From assembly GCA_918234285.1 (NCBI GenBank), contig CAKJXZ020000003.1, forward strand, positions 103,038 to 167,037: DNA of 64,000 nucleotides. Reading direction: 5' to 3'. Positions 9,648 to 19,409 of this stretch are shown here, in pieces. A program made the position numbers and the translations under genes. This DNA is from Pseudomonadota bacterium. Lineage in GTDB: Bacteria > Pseudomonadota > Alphaproteobacteria > RF32 > CAG-239. Each line of letters begins with the position of its first letter. The first letter of the stretch is position 1. A model generated the notes under the pieces. The model did not search any database and was not told the DNA's origin. It saw nothing but the letters and a program-made list of their open reading frames with translations.

Positions 9648-12404
9648 TTAATCCACACCCAGAACTTCACGACGACCGACGTGGTCTTGTTTTGAGACAA
9701 TGCCTTCCTGTTCCATCCGTTCAATCAGATTGGCGGCACGGTTGTAGCCGATACGCAACTTGCGCTGGACATAGCTGGTGGAGGCCTTTTTATCGGTGCG
9801 CACAATTTCAACTGCCTGGCGATATAATTCTTCTTCATCGCTTCCGCCGCCGAATTCGCCCTTATCAAACACCGGACCAGAATCTTTGGTTTCCAGCTCG
9901 CCGGCGGTAACTTCAGCCACATATTTCGGCTCGCCCTGCGATTTGATAAATTCAACCACACGCTCAACTTCTTCATCGGCCACAAAACAACCGTGAACGC
10001 GCACCGGCCGTGTGCCGGACGACATAAACAGCATATCGCCCATACCGAGCAATTGTTCGGCACCTTTTTCACCCAAAATGGTACCGCTGTCGATTTTGGT
10101 GGTAACGTGGAAACTGATGCGGCTCGGGAAGTTAGATTTAATCACGCCGGTAATAACATCAACCGACGGACGTTGCGTCGACATAATTAAGTGAATACCG
10201 GCCGCACGTGCCATTTGCGCCAAACGTTGAATGGCGGCTTCCACCTCTTTGCCGGCCACCAGCATCAAATCGGCCATTTCATCAACCACAATCACAATAT
10301 ACGGCATCGGCGAAGTATCGATAACCTGTTCTTCATAAATCGGCTGACCGGTTTCTTTATCAAAGCCGGTCTGAATGGTTTTTTTCAAGCCCTTACCGGT
10401 TTTTTGCATTTCTTCGATTTTCTTGTTATAACCGGCAATGTTGCGAACATTCAAGAGTGCCATCTGACGATAGCGATTTTCCATTTCCTGTACTGCCCAT
10501 TTGAGGCCGACGACCGCTTTTGCCGGGTCGGTGATCACCGGAGTAAGCAGATGCGGAATACCGTTATACATCGAAAATTCCAGCTGTTTCGGGTCAATCA
10601 TGATAAAGCGGCACTGCTCCGGAGTCATCCGGTATAACAGCGACAGAATCATGGTGTTGACCCCGACCGACTTACCGGAACCGGTGGTACCGGCAACCAA
10701 CAAGTGCGGCATTTTGGAAAGGTCGGCATAAACGTGCTGACCGCCGATATCTTTACCCAGAGCTACGTTTAAGATGTTTTTGCTGGTTACGAATTCGTTA
10801 TCCTCAAACAGCTCACGTATCCACACGGTTTGCCGTTTTTCGTTAGGCAATTCGATACCGATGGTGCTATGGCCGGCAACAACCGCCATACGCACCGAAG
10901 ATACGGCCATTGAGCGGGCAATATCATCGGAAAGACCGATGACTCGGGCAGTGCGAGTACCGGCTTTCGGCTCAAGCTCATACAGCGTTACTACCGGACC
11001 CGGGCGCACAGCCACGATTTGGCCGTGAATGTTAAAGTCGTTTAATACCTGCTCAAGCTTAGCAGCACGCTCTTTGAGTGCGTTTTCGTCAACCACTACC
11101 GCACCGGTCTCTTTAGGAACCGAAAGCAGATTAATATCCGGCAGAGTATATTCATGCGGTTGAGATTGCGAACGTGAAGCGGTTTCTACCTGAGGTACGA
11201 CCACCTGCGCTGAGGCCGTTGCCGTACGTTGTTCCTGTGGCTGCTGTTTGGTTGGTGTCGGCGCGGTTGTCGGAATATTCAAAAGTTCTTCCTGTATAGC
11301 GGCCGGTTGGCGACTTGCGGCCTTAGGGGCTGTTTGTTTGGCACCCTCGGTGTGATAAATATCTTCCGGCGATATCTTGGTTGCCGGTTTTTTCTGCATA
11401 ACTTGCGGCTCGTTAATAAAATCAAACGTCGGATTAACCGAAGATGTTTTAGAATTTTCGACCGGTGTTACCGAAACCGCAGAAACAGATGCTGTCGGCG
11501 GAGTCGGTTGTTGCAACGTTGCTTGCGGCATAACGATTTTCGGACCGCTTTGAGCTATGTTTTGCGCCGGTTTTTCCGCCAAAGAAGCCAACGCCGTAGA
11601 AGTGTTCAACGCTTGACTGTTCATGGTCGGTTCAATGCGTTCAAACCCCGGTTCGCGCCGTTGATTGATCGTAGCCAATTTATTTTGCATTTTGGCACGC
11701 ACATAATTCGGATTAACCTCTTTGAATTCGTTAAAACTGCGAATATGCGCAACTTTCTTAAATATTTTGACGATTGCACGAACAATTTTACCAAAGAAAG
11801 CTGCGATTTTGGAAAGCAGACGCAACCAATATTTAAAGGTAATCCCGGCCGCAAAATTAAATGCCATCAGGCTGATAAACAGCAGCAAAACCAGCAGAAT
11901 TATCTTATTGTAAGGCGGCTTTAACAGCGTCAGATAATTCGCATAATTATTGAGAGAAGTACTCAAATGGCGCGACCATTCTCCGGTTAAACTGTACGGT
12001 AGATTGAAGCGTCCTAAATAATTGCGACAGGTCAAATCAATAAAACCGGCAAAGCTGATAACCCCGACAAACCACGCAAACAGGCGCATTTTCCATTCAA
12101 TAATTTCGCGATGAAAGATTAAACTCAAACCCCAAAGAATCGGCACAATAAGAAACACTATCAGTGCCAAACCGAATGTGCTTAATACAAAATCGGCGCT
12201 GTACGCTCCGAATAATCCCAGAAAATTCTGCACCGGGCGATCATCTGACACGACCTTATTGAGCGACGGATCATCGGCACTATAATCAAAAATTGCCGCC
12301 CAAATTGCCAACGGCAAAATAATCAGAACCGCCCCCACCAGATTGCAAAATATCTTTTTGAACCATGATTCAGATTTTTTATTTTCGTGTATACCCGATT
12401 TCAT
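9648..12404 (-). CDS. ftsK: DNA translocase FtsK
   Basis: N-terminal TM domain, long P/Q linker, [15 protein letters not shown], gamma domain [17 protein letters not shown]. Confidence 0.97.
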   Translation of the reverse strand: MKSGIHENKKSESWFKKIFCNLVGAVLIILPLAIWAAIFDYSADDPSLNKVVSDDRPVQNFLGLFGAYSADFVLSTFGLALIVFLIVPILWGLSLIFHREIIEWKMRLFAWFVGVISFAGFIDLTCRNYLGRFNLPYSLTGEWSRHLSTSLNNYANYLTLLKPPYNKIILLVLLLFISLMAFNFAAGITFKYWLRLLSKIAAFFGKIVRAIVKIFKKVAHIRSFNEFKEVNPNYVRAKMQNKLATINQRREPGFERIEPTMNSQALNTSTALASLAEKPAQNIAQSGPKIVMPQATLQQPTPPTASVSAVSVTPVENSKTSSVNPTFDFINEPQVMQKKPATKISPEDIYHTEGAKQTAPKAASRQPAAIQEELLNIPTTAPTPTKQQPQEQRTATASAQVVVPQVETASRSQSQPHEYTLPDINLLSVPKETGAVVVDENALKERAAKLEQVLNDFNIHGQIVAVRPGPVVTLYELEPKAGTRTARVIGLSDDIARSMAVSSVRMAVVAGHSTIGIELPNEKRQTVWIRELFEDNEFVTSKNILNVALGKDIGGQHVYADLSKMPHLLVAGTTGSGKSVGVNTMILSLLYRMTPEQCRFIMIDPKQLEFSMYNGIPHLLTPVITDPAKAVVGLKWAVQEMENRYRQMALLNVRNIAGYNKKIEEMQKTGKGLKKTIQTGFDKETGQPIYEEQVIDTSPMPYIVIVVDEMADLMLVAGKEVEAAIQRLAQMARAAGIHLIMSTQRPSVDVITGVIKSNFPSRISFHVTTKIDSGTILGEKGAEQLLGMGDMLFMSSGTRPVRVHGCFVADEEVERVVEFIKSQGEPKYVAEVTAGELETKDSGPVFDKGEFGGGSDEEELYRQAVEIVRTDKKASTSYVQRKLRIGYNRAANLIERMEQEGIVSKQDHVGRREVLGVD

Positions 12405-12643
12405 TTTTTCCTCAAATTAAAGATCTCCTTAATCGCTCGGATTATAGCCGAAAATCCTCAATAAAATGTTAAAAATGCGTAACAGATTATTTTATTTTTA
12501 CGGTTATCGCATTTTTCAAAATGTGTGCCGAGGCAAAAGAGGAATATAACGCCGCGCAGAAGAAAACGGCGGAACGACGGGAAATGCGCCGTAAACAAAG
12601 AAAGACAAGAAAAATTAACTACACAAGGCTGTAGCCACTTTTT

Positions 12644-12675
12644 ATAAACGCCCGAATCATCCTCGGGCGTTTATT
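12644..12675. terminator. Bidirectional hairpin terminator closing the toxin locus
   Basis: taaacgcccga-atcatcc-tcgggcgttta with flanking T/A runs. Confidence 0.6.
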
Positions 12676-12685
12676 TTTGTTCTTC

Positions 12686-12734
12686 TCCGGTTTATATGGC
12701 TCCGCCCAGCATCGACAGTTATAATCCTCCCCGG
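12686..12734 (-). repeat. MuF C-terminal repeat copy 3 (empty cassette stub, PGEDYNCRCWAEPYKPE)
   Basis: Near-identical to 14335-14383 and 15695-15743; no toxin domain follows. Confidence 0.9.
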
Positions 12735-12799
12735 GATTTCCTACGGCTCTTTATGGTATTTTAACTAAACTTTACTATATTAACTTTAGAGGTGGCAAA

Positions 12800-13615
12800 A
12801 TGAAAAAATTTGTTTTGATTTTGGGGTTGTTATTAGTACTTAATTTGCAAACAAAGTTGGCTAAGGGTAACAATCAAATTAATTATGATCATTCAACTGA
12901 TAATAAAAATATAATAAATATAGTGGAAAAATTTAAAACCCTAATAGCCACCAACAATCCGCATATTATCTCCAAATACGTAAAATATCCGTTTAATATT
13001 GGCGATAATTGTCCGGATATACAAAATAAAGAAGAGTTTGTTCAAAATTTCGATATAATATTTGATTCATTGTTAACAACACAAATTATGGCTTCTGATA
13101 TCAATCTATGGAATTTTAACGAAAAACAAAATGTAATTTTTTATGATAGTCCCTATGTTCAATTATCGACAGATGGTTATTTGATGGATATTGAATATAC
13201 TGCAAAACGCACACAAAATAATAAAAAATGTGTATTGGAAGAAAAAAGCAAAATCTATCCTTCTTTAAAGAAATATCAGAAAAATTTATATACATTGAAA
13301 ACTTACGACCATATATATAGAATTGATTTGACTAATAAAGGTTTGAGTGCAACGACATATCGACTGGCAATTTGGAAAAAAGAGCAAAAAATGTCCGAAA
13401 AACCGCTAATAATCATCAATAACGGAAAGTTAAAACTATATGGAAGCGCGAACAATGAGAAATACATCTTTGAAGATAAAGAAATATCTTATATAGTCGA
13501 AATCAACACCGCTCGCGCTTTAGAAACAATTCCTATTGAAATAACCGTTATAAACAATTTTTCAGCAAAAAAATATCCTGCAGTAAATATAACTAATAGT
13601 CCCAATCTTTATTAG
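12800..13615 (+). CDS. Secreted/periplasmic protein, putative immunity protein for cassette 2
   Basis: Signal peptide MKKFVLILGLLLVL; AT-rich; 3' end overlaps the convergent lysozyme ORF; function inferred from position. Confidence 0.65.
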   Translation: MKKFVLILGLLLVLNLQTKLAKGNNQINYDHSTDNKNIINIVEKFKTLIATNNPHIISKYVKYPFNIGDNCPDIQNKEEFVQNFDIIFDSLLTTQIMASDINLWNFNEKQNVIFYDSPYVQLSTDGYLMDIEYTAKRTQNNKKCVLEEKSKIYPSLKKYQKNLYTLKTYDHIYRIDLTNKGLSATTYRLAIWKKEQKMSEKPLIIINNGKLKLYGSANNEKYIFEDKEISYIVEINTARALETIPIEITVINNFSAKKYPAVNITNSPNLY

Positions 13616-14399
13616 ATCTAAGCCTTGCCGCAATACTATCATTTCTGCTTTTTCCTACATCTGGCCTAAAACTTTCTTCTATCATTTTATCTAAATTTTT
13701 TGCATTTACCCATTTTCTGAAACGTACGAATTGCAAGCAATTTCCCGTATTATATTGGAAATCAATAAAAACATCTTGGATAATCGGCGGATATTTATAA
13801 AATTCTGGAATATTATCTTTAATAAATTCGATATCTTTTTCGAGATGCTTTATGACTTTATCCGATATTGTTTCCGAGGATAAATGTATTGAAGAATATT
13901 TTTTATAAAAAATCGGCAATTTCCCTTTAGGCAAAGATTGTATCTTCTCGTAATTTTTATGTATTTCTGCGAATTGGGCTGGTTTATTATTATCATCAAG
14001 CCAAGGCATATCACAAAAAACCTCATAATCATCAACGTTTAGACCGGCACCTACGGTTATATATCCCTTAGTATCTTTATATGGATAATCAACAATACCT
14101 TCTTCTTTTATAATTTGAGGAACATTACGTAATATTATTGTATCCACATTAAGATCATTATTGCTTGATGGCTTTCTTTCATACCCTGCGTCGGTTGCCA
14201 CATTTGCTTTATCATTAGCGGCGTATTGAGGTAGACCATTAAGCTTGAAATCAACCAGCTTAAGTGTTTTTTGCAGCTCTTTAAACATATCAAGTCCGCT
14301 GACATCTATAATCATCGGCTTATCGGCATATCTTTCCGGTTTATACGGCTCCGCCCAGCATCGACAGTTGTAATCCTCCCCCGGATGCCCGCCGGTTAT
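13593..14399 (-). CDS. Orphan toxin cassette: MuF C-terminal repeat + linker + T4-lysozyme-like (GH24) domain
   Basis: Open from 14399 after a TAA: GGHPGEDYNCRCWAEPY...; first ATG at 14315; E-x8-D-x5-T motif in EEGIVDYPYKDTKGYITVG. Confidence 0.8.
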   Translation of the reverse strand: MTGGHPGEDYNCRCWAEPYKPERYADKPMIIDVSGLDMFKELQKTLKLVDFKLNGLPQYAANDKANVATDAGYERKPSSNNDLNVDTIILRNVPQIIKEEGIVDYPYKDTKGYITVGAGLNVDDYEVFCDMPWLDDNNKPAQFAEIHKNYEKIQSLPKGKLPIFYKKYSSIHLSSETISDKVIKHLEKDIEFIKDNIPEFYKYPPIIQDVFIDFQYNTGNCLQFVRFRKWVNAKNLDKMIEESFRPDVGKSRNDSIAARLRSNKDWDY

Positions 14400-14448
14400 T
14401 TATTGTATTTTAACGAAACTATGCTATATTAACCCCAGAGGTATAAAA

Positions 14449-14874
14449 ATGAAAAAGTTTATTTTGATTTTAGGATTTTTATTAACATTGAGTAACCGTT
14501 CATACTCTCAAAGCTCATCTGAGAAACAGCAAGAGTTTGTTAATCCTATTTTTAACAAAACATTGTATGGTTACAGCAAGCAAACTTGGAACACCCAACT
14601 CTCTCCAAGCAGTATTATAGCATCTCCTGATAATCTTTCAGATCCGAATGCTTATATAGAGCAATATCCTTGTGAACTGTTGGAAAATAAACACGACCAT
14701 GTAAAATTCAACTGCACTATTTGTTATGGATATTTATCTAAATTAGAAGCTAAAGATTGTTACCATGATATTATCATATACCAAATAACTACTGATGGTA
14801 AAATAAAAGAAACAACCTTTAATCCTAAACGCCCAGAATTTCAAAGTATTGAATATTTAATCACAAAACCATAA
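14449..14874 (+). CDS. Secreted/periplasmic protein, putative immunity protein for cassette 1
   Basis: Signal peptide MKKFILILGFLLTL and upstream region shared with the 12800 gene; stop abuts the toxin stop at 14875. Confidence 0.65.
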   Translation: MKKFILILGFLLTLSNRSYSQSSSEKQQEFVNPIFNKTLYGYSKQTWNTQLSPSSIIASPDNLSDPNAYIEQYPCELLENKHDHVKFNCTICYGYLSKLEAKDCYHDIIIYQITTDGKIKETTFNPKRPEFQSIEYLITKP

Positions 14875-15750
14875 TCACCACCGTTTTATAGATAATATTT
14901 TATCTTTCATCTCATCATTTCTATCTTTCGAGATGCCTTTTCTATGAACTTGCTTTGCCAATTCGGGAACATTTTTCTCATTGAAATATTGTTTAAAATA
15001 TGTCCAAGTATTATCCGTAATTCCCGGATTATATTGAATATCAAAAGCAACATCTTGTGCTGCTTCCGGCGCATAATCTATGTCAGGCAGATAGTGTTTA
15101 AGGTTGCTGTAGTCCCGTTGTAAATGCGAATACATCAAATAATCAGCTTCATCTTCAGTTATGTTGAGGACAGCATCTTGCTCATATCTCTTTGCAGTAA
15201 TTTTTTGAAAAGGATTCAAATAAGGTTTTTTGCTTTTTTCGGCTTCTGCTTTTGCTTGTGCAATAATCTTTGCTCTCACTTTTTCCATTCGTTCAAATTC
15301 CGCACGCATTTCATCTTCGGTTGCCGGCCTACCATTATATAGCCAATGCACTTTTCTAAAACTTTCCCAGTCATTAATTAAAGCTCCATTACCTGTTGTT
15401 ATATAACCTGAACTATCCAAATAAGCATATTCCTTTGTATTTTCTCTTGCAATAATTTGTTTTCCAATTCGTTTTAACAACTTTTCCTCTTCAGGTGAGC
15501 GGAATTCTACTTTGCGATGTGCGTATGCAGAATTTGAAGTATACGTTGCATCGCTTGCCATATTTGCTTTGTCGTTTGCGGCATATTGCGGCAAGCCATT
15601 AAGCTTGAAATCAACCGGTTTCATTTCTGATTGCAACTCCTTAAACATATCAAGTCCGCTGACGTCTACAATTACCGGCTTATTCTTATATCTTTCCGGT
15701 TTATATGGTTCCGCCCAGCATCGGCAGTTATAATCTTCACCCGGATGCCT
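14875..15750 (-). CDS. MuF-lysozyme toxin, 3' part (HPGEDYNCRC + linker + GH24-like domain)
   Basis: HPGEDYNCRCWAEPY; RENTKEYAYLDSSGYITTG fits E-x8-D-x5-T; continues the 16228 ORF if the insert is removed. Confidence 0.8.
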   Translation of the reverse strand, partial: RHPGEDYNCRCWAEPYKPERYKNKPVIVDVSGLDMFKELQSEMKPVDFKLNGLPQYAANDKANMASDATYTSNSAYAHRKVEFRSPEEEKLLKRIGKQIIARENTKEYAYLDSSGYITTGNGALINDWESFRKVHWLYNGRPATEDEMRAEFERMEKVRAKIIAQAKAEAEKSKKPYLNPFQKITAKRYEQDAVLNITEDEADYLMYSHLQRDYSNLKHYLPDIDYAPEAAQDVAFDIQYNPGITDNTWTYFKQYFNEKNVPELAKQVHRKGISKDRNDEMKDKILSIKRW

Positions 15751-15912
15751 CTTGCTTTGTAAATTCTTGCTGCACTTCGTTTGCAATCATTAACTGCGCT
15801 TCGGTCACTCGTTTTGTAAATTCGCCACGCGTCGTTTACACTAGCTTGCTTATTAACAAAACTTCGCCGCTTGCGGTAAAAACAACCGGAGCAATGGTTG
15901 TTTTTATCCTCG
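15750..15912. mobile_element. 160-163 bp structured insertion interrupting the MuF domain
   Basis: Separates ...VPPDG from (G)HPGEDYNCRC; CCTC direct repeats at 15748 and 15908; 11 bp hairpin taaaaacaacc/ggttgttttta. Confidence 0.75.
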
Positions 15913-16228
15913 CGCCATCCGGTGGCACATGCCAATTAAAAATTTCACCTTCACGCTCGGCGTGTTTGCCGCGAACTCGGTCGTCGCGCTTTGTCCGCCA
16001 GATATAATAATCTTGCGGATTTTTATCCATATCGTCCGCCAAAATTGCCTTTAATCGCGGGTTGGGTGAGTTTTCGTTGGCCACGTCAATTTGACTGTAC
16101 GGGTCATTACTCCGATACCGCGGGTCAACATAATACCACTCGCTTTGTCCTTGCTTTTTATATCCTCGTTTTACACTCTTAAACCCGTGCAACCGCTGAT
16201 ACAGATTATTTTTTTCGCTATTCTGCAT
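15908..16228 (-). CDS. MuF-lysozyme toxin, 5' part (N-terminus + MuF/gp7 motif)
   Basis: YYIWRTKRDDRVRGKHAEREGEIFNWHVPP matches the Phage_Mu_F W-T-D-RVR-H-G pattern; RBS aaggag. Confidence 0.8.
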
Positions 16229-16547
16229 ATTTTCACTCCTTAAACTCTATCATTAAATTCTTATATAATAATTTATTTATTATCATATTTTGATACCTGA
16301 ACAAACCGCATAAGTCCGAAAGCAAATGAGGTCTATCATGGAAAACTATAAATCGCTAATGATTTTAACAATATACTGATAACACGTCGTATCACCATTG
16401 TCAAGTTTAAAATAAGAAAAATATAAAATTAAGCCGTTTATACAATGAAAAATCTTATTTTGAGCGCAAAAAAATATACCGGCAATGATTTCGCAGAACG
16501 TGATATATACGAAGAAAATCCCTTCGCGCGATGTAAAAATCATCTAC

Positions 16548-16791
16548 AAAAAACTCATAGAATTAGGCTAATAGAAAAAGGTTTTTTCCACAAGAACGTC
16601 CCTTTAAAAAACTCAGAGAATGGAGTTAATACGCCGAAAGCCTTTGTCCTTCGCTTCGCTCACGACGCTTTCAGCCCTGCGCCCAAAAAACTCATAGAAT
16701 TAGGCTAATAGAAAAAGGTTTTTTCCCGCGGTGTACAAAGTGGTACATAAGGGAAAAAACCTTTGATAGTAGCCAATTATATGAGTTTTTA
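16548..16791. repeat. Palindromic element family copy B (full 16686-16791, two partial copies)
   Basis: AAAAACTCAT...ATGAGTTTTTA termini, GTGTAC/GTACAT apex, directly after the rpsD stop. Confidence 0.85.
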
Positions 16792-17406
16792 TTATCTGGA
16801 GTAGTATTCGATAACCAAATTCGGCTCCATAACAGCCGCATAAGGCACATCTTCAAACTTCGGAATGAAGGTGTAAGTTGCCTTCATCTTTTTGGCATCA
16901 ACTTCCAAATATGTCGGCCAATCACGAGTTTGCGATTCGAGAGCATTGATAACCATATTCATACTCTTGGACTTTTCGCGAACTTCGATAACATCGCCGG
17001 CCTTGACCATATAAGACGGAATGTTTACTTTTTTGCCGTTAACGGTAACGTGGCCGTGGTTTACAAATTGACGAGCCGCAAATACGGTCGGTACGAATTT
17101 TGCTTTATAAACCAGGTTATCCAAACGGGATTCGAGCAAACCGATTAAGTTTTCGGCGGCATCGCCAGAACGACGAATAGCCTCAGCATAATATTTACCG
17201 AATTGCTTTTCGGAAATGTTGCCGTAGTAAACTTTCATCTTTTGTTTGGCAATCAATTGTTGACCGTAGTCGGTAACTTTTGCTTTTCTTTGACCATGTT
17301 GTCCCGGACGATATGATCTTTTGTTAAACGGGCTGTTATTATCACCCCAGAGATTGTCGCCGTAGCTACGGCTCAATTTTTTCTTTGCAGAAACGATACT
17401 TTTCAT
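16792..17406 (-). CDS. rpsD: 30S ribosomal protein S4
   Basis: [31 protein letters not shown]. Confidence 0.97.
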   Translation of the reverse strand: MKSIVSAKKKLSRSYGDNLWGDNNSPFNKRSYRPGQHGQRKAKVTDYGQQLIAKQKMKVYYGNISEKQFGKYYAEAIRRSGDAAENLIGLLESRLDNLVYKAKFVPTVFAARQFVNHGHVTVNGKKVNIPSYMVKAGDVIEVREKSKSMNMVINALESQTRDWPTYLEVDAKKMKATYTFIPKFEDVPYAAVMEPNLVIEYYSR

Positions 17407-17614
17407 TAAATTTATCCTTTTTTTGTTTGTTTACATTATTGTCCCGATAGTTGCAAACCCCTGTCTGCAACGAGATTACCGGCCATTACCGACAATCTGC
17501 CTTCTCGGAAGTGAGGGTAACGTACATCATTTTTACACATTTTTCAAGCAAAAAATACAAATAGCGTTGGATTTTTCGGTTAAAGATAATACAGTAAAGC
17601 CAAGTGAGGAAAAA

Positions 17615-19342
17615 ATGTCATACCAATTAATGTTTCAAAAAGCGGTTGAGCTGCAGCAAAACGGTGCCTTAAACGAAGCCGAACAAATTTACCGGCAAAT
17701 TCTCGAAACCGCACCCAATAATGCCGATGTACTGAATCTGCTCGGCTTGATTGCGCAAACCCGCGGTATTCACGGCGAGGCGGTAAATTATTTTTACAAA
17801 GCAATAGAAAATGCTCCGCAACATTGGCCGATTTTCTTCAATTTAGCCGTTTCGCTCGGTGCCTTGAGCAAGTTTGTGGAAGCGGCAGAGGCCTATCAAA
17901 AGGTGCTTTCGCTTAAGCCCGATTGTAAAGAAGCGCATTTCGGGCTGGGCAATCTTTATTGGGCGCAGAATAATCTCGATGCCGCCAAAGAACAATTTTC
18001 AGCCGCCCTTAACTTTGATGCCGATTACCTCGAAGCCGCCACCAATCTGGCAGAAGTCAGCGACGATACCGCCACGCTCGAAAAACTAGCCGCCGACAAT
18101 CCGCAAGCCCTCTATTATCTCGGTCGCCGCGCTTTTAATGCACATAATTTTGCTGATGCCGCCAAATATTTACGGCAAGCCGACGCATTGGCACAAGACG
18201 ATGAAATAAAGTCTATGCTCGGCGAAGCCGAATTGGTGCTGGAAAACAAAGACACGGCGCAAAAGCTGTTTTATCAGGCGCTCAATCTTAATCCTTACAA
18301 CCTGACCGCGCTGATAAATTTAGCCGATATGGAAGCAGATTCGCACAACTTCGGCGAGGCGGAAAAATTTTATAAACGCGGAATTGAAATCGCGCCGGAT
18401 AACCTGCGTTTACACGCCAATTATGCCGAAATGCTGTGTCGTAACCGCCGCACGGTTGAGGGCTTGGAAGAATACCGACAGGCGGTGATTTTGGCTCCGC
18501 AAACGCCGGAACTTAGTTATAATTTAGCCTTGATTTTGAAAAGTCTGGAAGAATACGAACAAGCACTTGATTTAATGTTTCATGCTTTTTATCTGGCACC
18601 GGAACATACCGATTGGAGCCTCAATATCGCCGAAACATTGGTGCTGTTTAACGAGCAGGCGCCGGAAAAAGCGCGCAAAATCTGCGAAAACTGGTATCAA
18701 AAAATGCCGGAAAACATAATTGTGCAGCACCTGTGGTCTTCTCTCAATCATCAAACCGCCGCCAACGAAAAAGAATATAATGCCTTGCTGTTTGATAATT
18801 TTGCCGCCACTTATGAGCAGACACTCAAAAACATTCAATATTCGGTGATTGATAAAATCGCCGAACTGTATGCCCCGCTTAAAGGCAAAATTCTCGACTT
18901 GGGTTGCGGCACCGGTTTGGCGGCGCAAAAGCTTAAAGCCGAGCAAAATGAATTTGTCGGCGTAGATATATCGGCCAAAATGCTCGATTTGGCGCGGCAG
19001 AAAAATATTTATTCCGAGCTGAAACAGGCTGATATTACAGAATATTTGCACGATTCGCATCCGGATTTTGACTGCATAATTGCCGCCGACGTATTTTGCT
19101 ATTTCGGCGATTTGCGTCCGCTTATTGCTTCCGCCGCCCCTACTCGCTTGATTTTTTCGGTAGAAACCGACAACACGGCGGAAAAATATACGATTCAGGC
19201 CAACGGGCGCTATAAACATAATCCGCAATATATCGAGTTATTGTTACATAATTCCGGCTACACCGATGTTACCTCAACCGAATTGGTTTTGCGCCGCGAA
19301 AACGGCAAAGATGTAATCGGCTGTATCTTCTGTGCCGCATAA
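17615..19342 (+). CDS. TPR-repeat protein with C-terminal SAM methyltransferase
   Basis: Multiple TPRs; LFDNFA, ILDLGCGTG, GRYKH; RBS gagga. Confidence 0.9.
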   Translation: MSYQLMFQKAVELQQNGALNEAEQIYRQILETAPNNADVLNLLGLIAQTRGIHGEAVNYFYKAIENAPQHWPIFFNLAVSLGALSKFVEAAEAYQKVLSLKPDCKEAHFGLGNLYWAQNNLDAAKEQFSAALNFDADYLEAATNLAEVSDDTATLEKLAADNPQALYYLGRRAFNAHNFADAAKYLRQADALAQDDEIKSMLGEAELVLENKDTAQKLFYQALNLNPYNLTALINLADMEADSHNFGEAEKFYKRGIEIAPDNLRLHANYAEMLCRNRRTVEGLEEYRQAVILAPQTPELSYNLALILKSLEEYEQALDLMFHAFYLAPEHTDWSLNIAETLVLFNEQAPEKARKICENWYQKMPENIIVQHLWSSLNHQTAANEKEYNALLFDNFAATYEQTLKNIQYSVIDKIAELYAPLKGKILDLGCGTGLAAQKLKAEQNEFVGVDISAKMLDLARQKNIYSELKQADITEYLHDSHPDFDCIIAADVFCYFGDLRPLIASAAPTRLIFSVETDNTAEKYTIQANGRYKHNPQYIELLLHNSGYTDVTSTELVLRRENGKDVIGCIFCAA

Positions 19343-19355
19343 TTTTTCAGCGCAC

Positions 19356-19389
19356 AAAAAAAGACGCTTCCGCGGAAGCGCCTTTTTAT
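19356..19389. terminator. Bidirectional terminator
   Basis: aaaaaaga-cgcttccgcggaagcg-ccttttt between convergent genes. Confidence 0.7.
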
Positions 19390-19409
19390 TTGAGCATCAA
19401 AGCCGAATA

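Noticed and set aside
12521-12634. Short basic ORF MCAEAKEEY...NYTRL
   Set aside because: No RBS or recognisable motif; may be a gene remnant but cannot be supported.
14190-15600. AANDK linker motif resembling the tmRNA tag (AANDN)
   Set aside because: It is internal rather than C-terminal and only 4 residues match; chance cannot be excluded.
12640-16300. Prophage
   Set aside because: MuF and lysozyme are phage-type domains, but no integrase, terminase, portal, capsid, tail or holin gene is visible.
16445-16708. Small ORFs over the repeats (also 5409-5687, 36506-36724, 40189-40476)
   Set aside because: They are translations of non-coding palindromic repeats.
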